A program made the translations under genes and the position numbers. From positions 8,145,832 through 8,209,831 of the forward strand of contig OZ316897.1 of assembly GCA_973895155.1 (NCBI GenBank): DNA of 64,000 nt. The letters run 5' to 3'. The DNA is from Marsupella aquatica. Lineage: Eukaryota > Plantae > Marchantiophyta. Under the pieces are notes generated by a model. The model saw nothing but the letters and a program-made list of their open reading frames with translations, had not been told where the DNA came from and did not search any database. This document shows positions 23,066 to 35,500 of this stretch, piece by piece. Position 1 is the first letter of the stretch. The number at the start of each line of letters is the position of its first letter.

Positions 23066-26000
23066 ACATACTCATGTTGTGCCAAAACAAACCTCCGTTA
23101 CTCTCCGTGCTGTCAAACAACGAATAAGGTACTGTCAAACAAATAGTAAACTGATTCTAGACACTGGGGAATTACATTTATTAATGACACAGTTGCACAA
23201 ACATTGAGAGCTTTGAATCTTGTCAGATATAAGGCTGTAGACGCCCACTACAAGGTGCAAAACTCAGTTGTTCTCCATATGAAGGACAAAGGTTACGATG
23301 CAACACTCATAGCAACGAGAGCCACAGAAGAAGTTCAAGACGGTAGAAAAATCAACTATAGCAAATGTGGCTACCCCAACTGTTGCATAATTAAGCAGAC
23401 AGGTTGCGATAGGAATATGTTCAGATATTTAGTAAGAGCTTTATTGTGATGACCATTGTAAGCTCTATGGCAGAGCAATCAAGCTCACGGAACAAGCTAC
23501 CCCAACTGCTGGCAGCACTAATGTAATGATAGCCACGGGGATATGTCTCGCAAGACAGGACCAATTTTCCTTTTTAAGAGTTCTTTGTGATGCCAGATGT
23601 GAGTTCAACCCCGGAAGTTAGTTCTCAACCTATTAAGATATGAAATCGCACTTCCCGATAGTTGTCGTCTCTCGAAATTTTTGGATATCGTACTTGTCTG
23701 ACTTGTCTGTCGAGAGACGGCTGTGTACTGTGGATTCACTTTCACATGCATAGTTACTGCTTCTTGTTAGTGGGATTACTTAAAAAGCTGACGAATGATT
23801 GATTATAAAAGTCGAAATGCCTAACATATCTTCTGGCCTGTCAAGCATGTTGGAGATTACAGACTGATATATCTGAGTTCATTCATCTTCACTGTACTGT
23901 TTGCAATCCCTATCGGAATACTGCGATCCAGACGATTTCAGCAAACAACCCAACAGTTGAGACAACACAGATAACCATCTATAAGTGCGATCACAAACTT
24001 CTCTTTAAATGTTTCATGCATCATCGGATGAAATTTCCTTTCAAATCGGCAAGTTACAGCAGCCTCTGGCCATCCCCTGGTACAAAAGCGCTTGAAGTTG
24101 TTTGGCCCAGTGACGATAAAACTAAGACTGAGGCTGTAGTAGTGTATCCAAGTCTTAAACATGACAATGCTTTGCTTCGGAGTTTCGAGCACTTGGAATT
24201 CCATTTAGAACTGGAGTACATGGAACGTGGATATCCGTCTATCACAGACTACAACGTTGCCGGAAGAATATGCTAGCCCGGCTACCAAGAAGAGACAACT
24301 TTGCTGTCGTTAGGCTACAACATCAACGATGAATTAAATCTCCTCTCAGAAGGCCCACTAGAAGCAATAAGGTCGCCTTACACTCTTCCACAATAGGCCT
24401 TCTGGACTTTGTTTTGTATTCTGCATGTGAACAGGGAAGCAAACACTGTCACTAGGTGTTCACATTCATTAACCAAGGACTGATGTACTGAAGCTTCATG
24501 TCTTCTGGCCCTTCGTTGTGCACACCAACGTAGACATTATCACTGCGTGTTCACATTCGTGAACCAAAGTAATTTATGTAGTACTCGAGTTTGATATTTC
24601 TTGACTTTATTTAGCATTCTGTATGTGAACAGTGTCATGCACACTGAAATGGCTACTGTCGCTATTCTTCTTCTTTTGTTTTGGTTTTTAAAAATCAGCC
24701 CGCAACAAACAGCCATGCAACCGGCCACAGGTCTGGGATGGGGGAGACCTTTTTATTCTTATTGAAAGGCAAAGGAACCACAACCAAATGGATGCAGCTC
24801 TTCCCATCACAGAGCAGTGCTCATTTTTATTAACTAAGTACAACATTACTTAGTCTTCCCTGGATTTTTCTCTTGTTTTTCCCACTTTAGTGGGTCTCCT
24901 GTTTTGGGGATTTTATCTCCTAGTTTGACCCAGTATATTCTTTGGCAGGGTGATGTATATATGCTTGGTTGTAGATGAAACTTTAATACATCGTTCTTGG
25001 GACTTCAGCACGTACTATATACAACCTACTTAAAATAATAACCCGGGTTACACTATTTTAGCTAGCTAAAGTTAAAAATATCACGATGTCACAATGAATG
25101 GATTGGGGTTTGCTCCTTAGCTATTCATGCTCTTACACTCTATTTATTGAATTTTTCTTTTGCTAACCTTAGGCTTGGGTAGTGAGGGGAGTAGGGGTCA
25201 TGTCAGCCCTTGTTTGGCCCACTTTGGGACCTTGGTTTAACCCTCTCTCCTTCCTGGTAGGGTCAGATGTTGGATCCCGGGTAGTCCTCCGTTGCATACT
25301 CCCATGTGTGTGAAGGTCATCTATTAGTGATGTTGATCCACATACAAGATTCAAGGCAAAAATAACTTACATTCTCTTATTGTGTAATTGATTAATGTAG
25401 ATGAAGTATACAACGCCATTCTGTCAAAGAAAGTAATGTTTGTATTTCACCTCTAAGGTTGTCCCTTCTATCCACTTTGGTAATGAGGACATATATCTCA
25501 TAAGAAAGTGGTAAGTTTTCATGCAATGGAACGAAGGTGGGTGCCCTAGGTACACATGAAATTCCTTGGCCCTTGCATGCATGACTTAGTTAGTGTAGGA
25601 AAGCCGTGTCCCTGTCTTATTGTTAGAAATACTATTATTTTTCCACTCACATTATTTAGATGCTAGCACAGACTAATAGTGGTGAGGGGTACCCTTGATG
25701 TCAAATAGTACACCCTAAACTTGAATCTAAATGCTGGTAGACTCATCTGGTTTCATACACTTTACCATTTGATCATTCCAAACTAACCAGTATTACTTAG
25801 TTTAGCCAGAGATGAAAAATGACAACATCATGATTAAACCAGAAAAAGTGGCACCCCAGTATGTCATTGGGCAAGAAAGAGTTAAATCTCAGTCATTTCA
25901 GTTACAATATTTCTTGTTGTTCTTGTGTCAATTCTTCATTATTACACTACTGACCAAACAACAAAAAGTGCAAAACCGGGAGACAACTTCATCCCAAAGG

Positions 26001-26337
26001 CAGGAATAAAGGGAAGAAAAAGGGGGAAAACCAAAGAAGATCAAAGAGTCAAAAAGCCCGAGTGTCCCCTACAAAGCCAAAAAAATCAAAGCCCTTTTGA
26101 GCAGCAAACTGAAAATTATAATAACCTAGGTCTGGGTGGGGGGTTACTAGGCTGTAACCGTGCATCCAGAATATCATAAAAAGCTGACCAATGGCAGCCA
26201 GGAAGCTCTTTCAAACATTCTGGACTTAGAATTATAGATGTCGGTTTGTGTGCGTCATTTTTGTCTCAAAAGATGTTAAGTGGCTATGGCTATATATTTA
26301 TTTATATTTCAGAGCACAAGAATATGAGAGTAGCAGC

Positions 26338-26412
26338 ATGGAGTATAAATGGTTACCAGGCCACCTTTGTGCCCATGGAGTAGAAATGGTTACCAGGCCA
26401 CCTTTGTGCCCA
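26338..26412. repeat. 37-bp tandem duplication
   Basis: atggagta(t/g)aaatggttaccaggccacctttgtgccc occurs twice. Confidence 0.9.
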
Positions 26413-26684
26413 CTCACCTACAGTAGTTGGGAAGATATTCTAATTTGAATAAATTAATAAAAATAAAAAGGTCTTAGGCCTCTAAGAATTAAGGTCCTGT
26501 TATCAAATCATTATAATGGGCAATCATATCCCCTAGAAACTTGAGCCCAAGCTCTCCTTTTGGGGGACATTTTATTACACGATGCCTTGCAAAAAGTGAA
26601 TATACACATACTTTATACAGAAAAAGTCCAAATAGAGTACAAAAGAATAAACAAGAGAGGTCCCAAGTGGACAAAACCAAACGC

Positions 26685-26783
26685 AAAAGAAGTGAGCAAA
26701 AGGAAACCCTAAAAACCAAGAAAGAGGAACTAAAAGAAGTGAGCAAAAGGTAACCCCTAAAAACCAAGAAAGAGTAACTAAAA
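26685..26783. repeat. ~47-bp tandem duplication in the CRE 3' UTR
   Basis: aaaagaagtgagcaaaagg(a/t)aa(c)ccctaaaaaccaagaaagag(g/t)aact occurs twice. Confidence 0.85.
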
Positions 26784-26828
26784 CTACCGCAAATGGACTG
26801 AGGTCCTCATCATACCTAGCAAATGTGG

Positions 26829-29800
26829 CTACAAGCAGTGGTCTACATCAAGTGTCGAAACTAGATCGGCAAGTGGGACAGGAATGTCCTCTAGGGGGGC
26901 TAGCCGCTGCGGAGTCACACTAGCACCCACTGTCAGAGATCGACGATAGACGGCCCGAGCTTGAGCACGCTGTAAGGTGACTGAAATGCGTTAGCAAAAG
27001 TGCGTGGTCAAAACAGATAGCGGGGGCCCGGTGGGACCCATCCGGCCGTGAACATCCCGAGCAGCTTGGCGAAGAAGCCCGTCGAACTGATGATGGAGAC
27101 GCCCAAATATCTCAAGAGCAAGGGGCAGGAAGCTATCAGATGAAGCTCGTGCAGCATATTTGGCCTCCTTCGTTTGTGCTGCTCGTGATGCTGCTGCCCC
27201 TGCCGTTGTTGCCGCTGTCCCAATGATGTCTTGGCGCAATGGGTTTGCCACCACTACATCTGCCAAAGTACGGTGACCGTCACGGACCATGGTAAGATCC
27301 ACCCGTAACCGCTGTGATGGAGGACCAGGTAACTCGAGCACCACCTCCCGCTGCGCGCAGACCAAAAAGCCAGAGAGAACCTGAGCAGTCGCATCTCTCA
27401 CAGCGTCGTGAACAAAAATGGTTTCGCCGCCCAAACTGCATCGAAGAAGATGGACACCTGTGGCATCACAAGGCTTCCCACAAGTGCAAGTAGGAGGTAA
27501 ACCAGCAAGAAGTGGGTGGGGCAAGCCCATACGAAGACGCATGGCTATCGCAAACTCCGCTGAAGACATTCGCAGGTGAGGAATGACTGGATTGGCCTGA
27601 AGCCAGCCTCCTGCGCCCTTCCCTCCGGAAGAAAGAATCCAAGCTCGGTCCGTGTCAGGTGCCTTGGTGAGGATGCTGGAAAGGGTGAAAGCGTGCATAC
27701 GCCCAGCAAGGTCTGCCTGAAGACGGACGGGGTCCAAGGATAAAAACTCCTGGAATGAAGGTAACGCAGCTCGAACAGGATCGGGTAATGATGACCGAGC
27801 CGTGCGCAAATGAACCTGAAATGGGAGGGAACCCTCCTCGACCTCCATGAGAGATGAAAGTAAAAAAGGTCGATCCTCAGTAAGGAAACGATCTGCCAAC
27901 AATGAGAAGGCGGCCGCCCACGCGCCCAAGAAGGCCAAAGGTGCAAGGCGCTCAGTGGAAGTAAGCCCAAAACCACCGTGAGAAATAGGAAGACTGAGCT
28001 GTCGATGAAGCCACGGAGATGAGAGTAAAGTACCTGGCCCTAAAAGAGAGGCCAAAGTCTCACGAATGGAGACATCAAACGCTCGGAGGTGTAGAGAAAG
28101 ATCCTCGGTAGGGGGATGTGTCCGAGCCAAATAGGACGCACGAGGGTGGATGCATCTCAATAACAACCCAAATGCTGCCTGAGAGTCTGCTAACTTAGGG
28201 AGCATAGGAGTAGGGGCTAAGGCAGCCTGGAGAGTGTCAGCAATGAAAGATGAGCAAAAGGAGGCGGTACCGACTGGGGAGCCAAGGACCCGAAGACCGT
28301 CGGCAGGACGGAAGAACCCAGGAGGAAGCGCAAGATCAGAGGGTAACCCAGCTGGACTCCATGCACGACTCTTCACCGGCTGTACTCGTAAACCGAGGCC
28401 CAACAAATGGGTGGAAAGGGTGGCGAGGGCAGAAGTAACAGCAAAAGGTGGACCAATGATGTGGGTGTCATCTGAAAGGGAGGGGAAGATACACTGGGGG
28501 TGGGCCGCGGAGGCTTCTCATAAAGCAGTAAAATGGGCAATGGCAAAAAGAGGCCCACCCAAAGGGTCACCCTGACGTGTACCTTCTGCAGAAGAAAGAG
28601 TGGTATACACTCCTGTAGAGGTGTGATGACTATAGAAGAGGGGGGCCTCAAACCCATAAAAACAACGGACAAAGGGGATAAGGGACTGGATGTCTGGATC
28701 CGCTGCCCTCAAAGCACGAAAAATTGCTGCCCGAGAAACCGTATTGAAAGCATTGGAGACATCAACCTGGAGGACAACCCAATCAGGGTGGAGGTCCAAG
28801 GTAGTACGAATACCCACAATAACTGTCTCACAACCGCCAGGAACGCCCACTGCAAACTGATGTGGAGAGAAATGATCCGATAGTGCAGAGCGATACTGCG
28901 ATGAAAGTGCGCAAGACACCAGACGAAGAAAAACCTCTCCAATAACTATGGGCCGAACACCCGGTGAAGACTTAGCCATGGCCAATAAACGAGAAACACT
29001 CAAAAGCCGAGAGACGGGAGGAGGCAAACGGCCGGCAGCAATACACTAGCAAAAGGAGAAGAAAACTGGAAAACCAGACTGAGGATCCTTAGGGGGGAAT
29101 AAATCACGAAAATGCTCAAAGACATAGCCAGAGGGGCCACCAGCCGCGCAACGCGGAGCATGGAGGAAAGCATAGGTGAAGTGGTCCCTACTAAACTGAA
29201 GATCCTCCTCAGGCTCAAAATCCTCCACGAACAAAGGGAGCTGATCATAGGGCTGCGGATGGAGATCCTGAAGGGCCGTCAAGGTGACCTCGCCAGGGGG
29301 GGCTGGTGTGGTGGGAGAAAGGGCCTGGACCGCATGACGATATTCACCAGCCTGGGCCAAATGACAAGAGCGACGAAGGCGTCTGTGCTCTGGAGGATGA
29401 GAGTGGCGAGCTGGGTGGGCACGGGTAGTAAAGGAACAGGCTCGAAGAAAGTACTCTTCCTGAAGCTGTTCCCAATCTCCCCGCAGAAAATGATGGATAC
29501 GAGAGGCAGTCTCACGATGACCCACGCGACCACCGTGACTAGGGAGGGTAAGAGTCCACTGTGGAAAAAGCATGAGTAAAGACCAATATGAGACCTCGAT
29601 AGGATGCGCCAAGATAAGCTGCATGAGTTGCAACAAGGATGACCGAACTAATGGGCGCAACGCTAGTGGGATGTGGTTATAAAGGCGAGGTCTAATGTAC
29701 CCTGGATGGTAGGCTGGAAGGGGGTCTAGAGAGCGAACCCAACTCCATGCCTGCTCGGAAGCCTCCAAGGAAGGAGGGGCAGAGCTAACTGGGTCAAGAG

Positions 29801-29975
29801 GGGGCTGGGGCTGGGGCTGGGATTGGGCTTGCTGGCGACGTTGGCACCGGCCCCGCCCGCGGTGATGAGGAAGGGAGAGGCCAACCCAACCACACTCAGG
29901 ATAAGTATGCAGGGGACGCTCGTCTGGGGAGGGAGCAGGGAACGACTGGACAGGAGGTGGGGGGGGAACCGACAT
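26829..29975 (-). pseudogene. CRE element ORF (zinc finger-RT-RLE), 1049 codons, inactivated by three in-frame stops
   Basis: ORF-track pieces 29046-29975, 28518-29027 and 26991-28406 share one frame and continue to TAG at 26829-26831. Internal stops: TAG at 29046-48, TGA at 28518-20, TAA at 26991-93. A Pro-rich N-terminal part from ATG 30238 is in another frame. Confidence 0.85.
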
Positions 29976-30727
29976 GGATGAAGAGGCCGGAGGGGGATGC
30001 TGGAGGGGTGGAGGGGTGGAGGGGGAATGGGTTGGGGAGAGGAGCCAGGGCGTCGATGGGGTGGGCAGTAGACTGGGGGGACTGGCAGAACATCGGGCAT
30101 GGGGTCATCACGAAGATGAGAGAGATCCAATGAAGAAGAGCAAACACGAAGGCGACCACGAGGCGAGGGGGAGGAGGGGGGAAAACTGTGTGGGGGGGCT
30201 GGGCGCTTGCCCCGCGCCAACACTCTCAACGTAGACATGACAGGTCGCAACCCGATAAAAGCAAAAGCGCATCAAGAAGCGACAAAAGGCCCAACCAAGA
30301 CATGTGAAAAGAAAGGGAAGGCTATGGAGAGAGCCCACCGCGTCAAAATCCGAGAAGCGGCGCCACCGCTAGCCTAGAAAACCATTGAGCACGTGCAGGC
30401 ACAGCCGGGAACAAAGCTGGAGCTCTCATCGATGTGTCCGTTGAGGAGTCGATGCGAGTGAATATCTCTCCGCTGATTTGAGCGTGCTGCTACAGCTCCC
30501 AAAGATGGTGGAATGCAAACTGGTCCACTAAACTTGGCAAAAACCACCTTGTCAGAACTGAAGAAGAAAGGCAACCACCAATCGGAGGAGAAACGTGGCA
30601 AGACAGGAATGCTCCAAAGCTGATCAAGGGAAACCGTCACCAAAAATGGAGGAGTAAATCAGAATCGTAATCGGAGCCGAAAGTGGTTGATATGTCACCA
30701 AAAGGACCGCGGTAGGGATAGATGTTG

Positions 30728-31145
30728 CACTCCCGGACAAGAGCTGGCCAAATCACATGAGAATGCCGGATTCCGTGAACGAGGAACTGCTACAGGACCC
30801 TAATTCAGGAAATTGAGAACGGTGGAAATTGAAGAAAAAACGTGAGAGTTAATCAAAGTCCAATCCGGGCAATAGGAGACCAATTGGACCGCTCTTGGGA
30901 TCAATCTGATGCTCCCGGAGAAGAGCTATACAAAGCACTTGAGAAATCTGAAATCCGTGAAAGATTGACCGAGATATGACCGTCGAAAGGAAGACAAAAA
31001 TCGCAGAAAAACGACTGAAAAACGGCGAAAATGAATGTGACCATAAGTATGTCGATACGGCACCATTTTGGACGTGTTTTATATCGATTTGATACGCCTC
31101 GGCAAGAGCAAGCTAATGCAACTGAGAAAACTGGATTCCGAGAAA
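30728..31145. repeat. Three degenerate ~182-bp tandem units in the 5' region of the CRE element
   Basis: The motif (ctcccgg)..aagagc..tgagaa..tccg(t)gaa recurs with aagagc at 30739, 30921 and 31104 (periods 182 and 183). Confidence 0.7.
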
Positions 31146-31391
31146 AACTGAGTGCGGGAGGGTAATCGAAGTGGCGCGAAAACTGTGCTACAGTTTGAAC
31201 TCCATAGCCAGGAGCTCAAAGACCTAAGACCCAAAGAGACCCAAGACCCAAAGAGGAAATTGAAGAAAAAATGTGAGAGTTAATCACTTTAGTAAGGGGT
31301 TTCAATATTTAGTAGTATAAAGATTGGTCATATCCATAAGTCACTCTAGAGTCTGATGAAAAGAAATACAAAACATTTACAGAACCCCCAT

Positions 31392-31644
31392 AAAAAACTA
31401 TGACCATTTGTTTATGGCCAAAAAGCTTTGAGACTCCCTCCCTACTGTAGTTTATTAAAAAAACTATGTCCATTTATTTATGGCCAAAAGCTTTTGAGAC
31501 TCCCTAGTTTATACCAACAACAAAAAACTATGTCCATTTTGTTCATGGCCAAAAAGCCTTGATCCGTAACTATGAACCTTGGAGAAGCCCTACTACATAC
31601 AAAAAGCTATGGCCAACAGCTATGAAGCTTTGAGAAGCCCTACT
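31392..31644. repeat. Degenerate tandem repeats (aaaaactatg.ccatt..tatggccaaaa x3; ctatgaa.ctt.gagaagccctact x2)
   Basis: Copies are visible at 31392, 31458 and 31522, and at 31570 and 31620. Confidence 0.85.
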
Positions 31645-31760
31645 CTATATACAATTTAGGCCTGGCAAAGGGCCGAGAATAAACCCCATAGATTTGGTGC
31701 TGACTAAAAGCTTCGAGAAAACAGTGGGCTGCGCAGGCAGACACAGCGTTTGAGGGTCCT

Positions 31761-31770
31761 GTATATAATA
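31761..31770 (+). promoter_or_regulatory. Candidate TATA box
   Basis: gtatataata marks the switch to CpG-retaining, leader-like sequence. Function is inferred. Confidence 0.3.
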
Positions 31771-34658
31771 GAGACGACGCGCAGGAGATGCGAAGCCAGG
31801 AAGCAAGGAAGCAAGCAAGATGGGTGAATCGCTGTTCGTCAATGGCTCAATCGATCGAGAAAGACCTTTTGCACGAGACAACAACTTTACTCGATCACGG
31901 TCGTCGCCCCGTACTGCTCCTCCTGTCTTCAATCAATCAACAAAGCAAAGGTTTGGAGATCGATGTCACTGCTAGAGTCAGGACCAGAGCATGTCGCCTT
32001 CATGATGGAGAATTAGGTAGCGGAGCGGGAACAGGACCCGAGTGGTCCTGAAGACATGATGCTGCAGGGCAAAAATGCATGAAGACTTTACGACTCAATG
32101 CTGTCGACAATGATCACAGATAATAGATTCGCACCTTACAAGCCAGGATTGAAGCGCGAGTGTGTGACGACGTAAGTCCTAAACTCATCCTCCCAGCCCA
32201 TAATAGTCGTTTCAAGTGAAATTGCTCACGAGGACAGTCATGGTGAAAGGAATTAAATCGAGCGGCCTGCATTCGACGGTGAGAGAATTGCCACAACATT
32301 GCACGTAATAGAATCAGAGATATGAGTTTTGTGGTTATGGCTGTAAATACTGGAAAGTAAGTTAATGGCTATGGTGACCACCTTGCAATACCAAACGAGG
32401 GACCTCGACTGCTGAAAACAGGACCGATCACAGGGGAATGATATGCGGCCATTTAAGTTACGCAGGTATACATACAAGAAGGTAATGTTGGTAAATACTA
32501 GCTACCCAGGATTCAATTTCACTTCCAAGCAGTGATCGAGATGAGTCCTTGAAGCGACTTTCATGGTCAGCGTACAACGGTACAACAACGATGGAGAAGA
32601 GTGAAGGCTTAAATCGTTTTGCTGGAAATTATCGGACAACAAGGTGCAGCTGGTCGAAAGCGTCAGAAGCTGAGGAGGAGGAGGTGCAGCAGGAGCACTC
32701 TCTACTCATACCGGTACAGACAACTACCAGGTTTATTACTCCGTAGCAGAACAGGGGATGGATATCTTGCCGAGGCGTAGGTGCAGCTTTACGGACGGAC
32801 GGCCGTGCAGCCTCACCGAGGAGAAGCGGAACATTCGACAGACTCGCGTCAGCACCCGGAGAGTTGGAGCACAGAGTGAGTCCGATGCTGATGAGGCCTA
32901 CATCACCTATACGCAAAAAGCCGCAGGCGTGAGAAATGCGCTTCCGATGACACTAATGCTCCCGTCGACAACTTTGCAAGTACAGTCTGTCACTTCATGA
33001 GCAGCTCTCGCTCGTCAGGCAAATGCACCACATCTACCAGTCCAAAAGGCAAAACACATTCAACACTCCCCTCAGAGTCTCATGACACCAGCTTTAGTAA
33101 CATTTTCACCACAATCATGCTCATTCCTTCTGAGTGACGTCGTCGCACGACGACGAGAGGGCAGATTCTAACGTCATTGCAGGAAACCTCACCGGTTGAT
33201 GGAACATGGTACATCAAGTGCAAAAGGATAACGCCTTACATTTCCTCAGCCGCCTACAGTAGCTTGCCTCTCCGAGCAAGACACATCATAGCATTATAGC
33301 GCTTCCATGCATCTTCCTCGATCAGCAAAACATCAAGCACAGAAATTATCCCGATCATGACGTCACGGTCTTTTTTCATCATTGTTCGCAACACTTATTA
33401 TTACTATCCTCTTCACCGATCGATGTCAAACCTCAAACTGCATCACTCACGTCGCAGCCAGCTTTGACATCTGTTGGAAAGTTGCCCCAAGATCGAATGC
33501 TACTCGACCTCAGCACCGAGACTTGAACAACCTGTACTGCTTCCAGAGAGAGACCTAACACTGCTGGAAATTCCAGAATTGACCCTGCTGAGTCACATCA
33601 AAGTGTTCTACTCTCGCTCTACTCCTTTTGCGCGAGCGAAGAGGTAAGCATACATGCCTACACATTAAATATCCTCACAAACACGTCACCCAGATTTCCG
33701 AGAGTTGTGATCGCTACCGCACTAAGGTTTCCAATTAAAAGTCCATCTACATGACTGTGGTTTACCTCGATCGATATCGTCAACTAGAAACTATGCTCCG
33801 AGTTTAGTTTAATTACTCTCATTCAGTTTCACCTCGTCACGTACTTTTGAGACGTAAACGTCACTACGGAGGCGATCACTTTCCGATCACCTCGGTTCAG
33901 ACATAACGTCTTGAATGTACAGTCATCTCACTCAGTCTCTTCAGTCGCCTCTCAGAAAATAATGAGCGCGTCCTTTCAAGTAGTGTTCAGTAAGAATCGA
34001 TCCACCAGTCCTAAAGATAAAAGTTGGATGACCTTACATGAGCAAAATTGGGGGCTGATCAATCAGCTAAAGCTCTCACAAGCCGCTGTTTAGCTCCGAC
34101 TCTGAATCATCTGCCCGTCCGGAATTCCCTCAAACTACCCAATAAACAAATATTCTTCCGCCATAGAAATTTGCAATTGGAGCAGAAAAAGATTTGCGAA
34201 TTGGAACTTGACAATCGGAGGAGAGAACGAAGGAAGGAATGGGATTATCGTACTTGTCTCCAGCTGACTGAAACAAAGTAAACATACATGGCTACATACT
34301 CAAACCCAAGAGCAAGTGGATCGAAGTAAAGACATGTGACTCAAGAGTGAATAAGCTGCGATTGGAGAGCGAGAGATTGGACAGTCACGCAAGATAACCG
34401 ACCTTCTACGGTCATCTTGCTATCTGCATTGCAAGCCAGGTACGTTCTCGAGTGACCACCGACAACTTACTGACCAACGACTTTCGAAAGGAGCTGATCT
34501 TGGAGAATCATGGGCTAGCTCTAAACAATGACAGTGGCAATGTCTGCCGATTCAATTTGCGGACTAATATTCCGGACTCTCGGACCTCCATCTGTGTCGT
34601 GAAGGCAGAAAGCTTTCATCTTCTCTCGTCGACTTTATGCTCAGAAAACAGCATTTGC

Positions 34659-34690
34659 ATGACACGGATGGTTAACAGGACGTCTCAAAG
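34659..34690 (+). CDS. Candidate first coding micro-exon of the F-box/kelch gene (MTRMVNRTSQR)
   Basis: ATG at 34659 ends in AG|GTGGGC in phase 2, matching the phase-2 acceptor at 39906. The sequence turns T-rich and repetitive (intron-like) shortly afterwards. Donor strength is moderate and there is no transcript evidence. Confidence 0.3.
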
Positions 34691-35049
34691 GTGGGCTGAA
34701 AGAAGTTTGTGATTTACGGTCCATCTGTGCTGTTGGACCCAACTAGCCCCATTACCCGAGAACGTAAATTAGATACTAAGAAAAACTTCATCTTTGCCCC
34801 CATCTTTGGTTTTTGTCTACCCTCATTTCATTTTTGTCTTCATTTTTGTTTTTTTGTCTACTCTCATTTCAGTTTTGTCTTCATTTGGAACCAATTTTAT
34901 CTATCCTCATTTGTACAATTTTATCTATCCATTTATACCTTTTTTTATTGAGACTCGTGATCACTTTTGTCTGTATCAAGGGTTACCATCTAGAGGCACT
35001 CTAGGCCCTTAAGAATACACTTCGTTTGAATATTATAATAAGATTAAGA

Positions 35050-35500
35050 ATGCTATTGGACCCAATTAAGAAAAAAAATTAATGGGGGGAGTTAGCATTG
35101 CCCCTCACTCTTCTTGTAACTCTCGCTACTAGACCCAATTAAGAAAATATTCTATTGGGGAGGTAGCATCTGTGACTATGGCTATTGGACCCAATTAACA
35201 ATGCTTTTGGATCTAATTAAGAACTTCAAAAAGTGGGGGGAGTTAAGCATTGCCCTTCACTCATCTTGTAACTGTAACTACTGGACCCAATTAAGAAAAA
35301 ATTTAATTTGGGACGTAGCAAATATGGGGGGAGTTAGCATCTGTGACTATGGCTATTGGACCCAATTATGGCTGTTGGACCCAATTAAGAAATTTTAAAA
35401 ATAGGGGAAGGTAGCACTCCCCCTCATTCATCTTGTAACTCTCACTATTGGACTCAATTAAGAAAACATTTAATAGGGGAGGTAGCAAATATGGGGAACT
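35050..35500. repeat. Higher-order minisatellite (ctattggacccaattaagaa / tgggggagttagca)
   Basis: About eight copies of ggacccaatt and variants alternate with two linker types. Confidence 0.9.

Larger units (their letters stand above)
26560..31286 (-). mobile_element. CRE-clade (RLE-type) non-LTR retrotransposon, near full length
   Basis: One reading frame carries RT motifs (VRPIVIGE, DVSNAFN, GTRQGDPLGGPLF, SLSDDTHI, SHGGFGL), a CCHC knuckle (CTCG..HLLRC), HDAVRD, a PD-(D/E)xK-type endonuclease (RVDL..DVVV..KEAKY..FLPLALEIFG) and terminal (Q)RISVTLQRAQA. AATAAA lies on the - strand near 26571-26576. Boundaries are approximate and no TSD was identified. Confidence 0.85.

Noticed and set aside
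26704-26765. Telomere-like aaccctaa motifs as a possible CRE target site
   Set aside because: Only two isolated copies exist, created by the 47-bp duplication and lying inside the 3' UTR rather than at a junction.
28234-30234. + strand ORFs of 86-155 aa overlapping the retroelement
   Set aside because: They are antisense shadows of the GC-rich RT ORF.
33138-33172. GC hairpin cgtcgtcg-ca-cgacgacg followed by ctaa, as a Helitron 3' end
   Set aside because: It is not followed by the expected T, and no 5' end or Rep/helicase remnant was seen.
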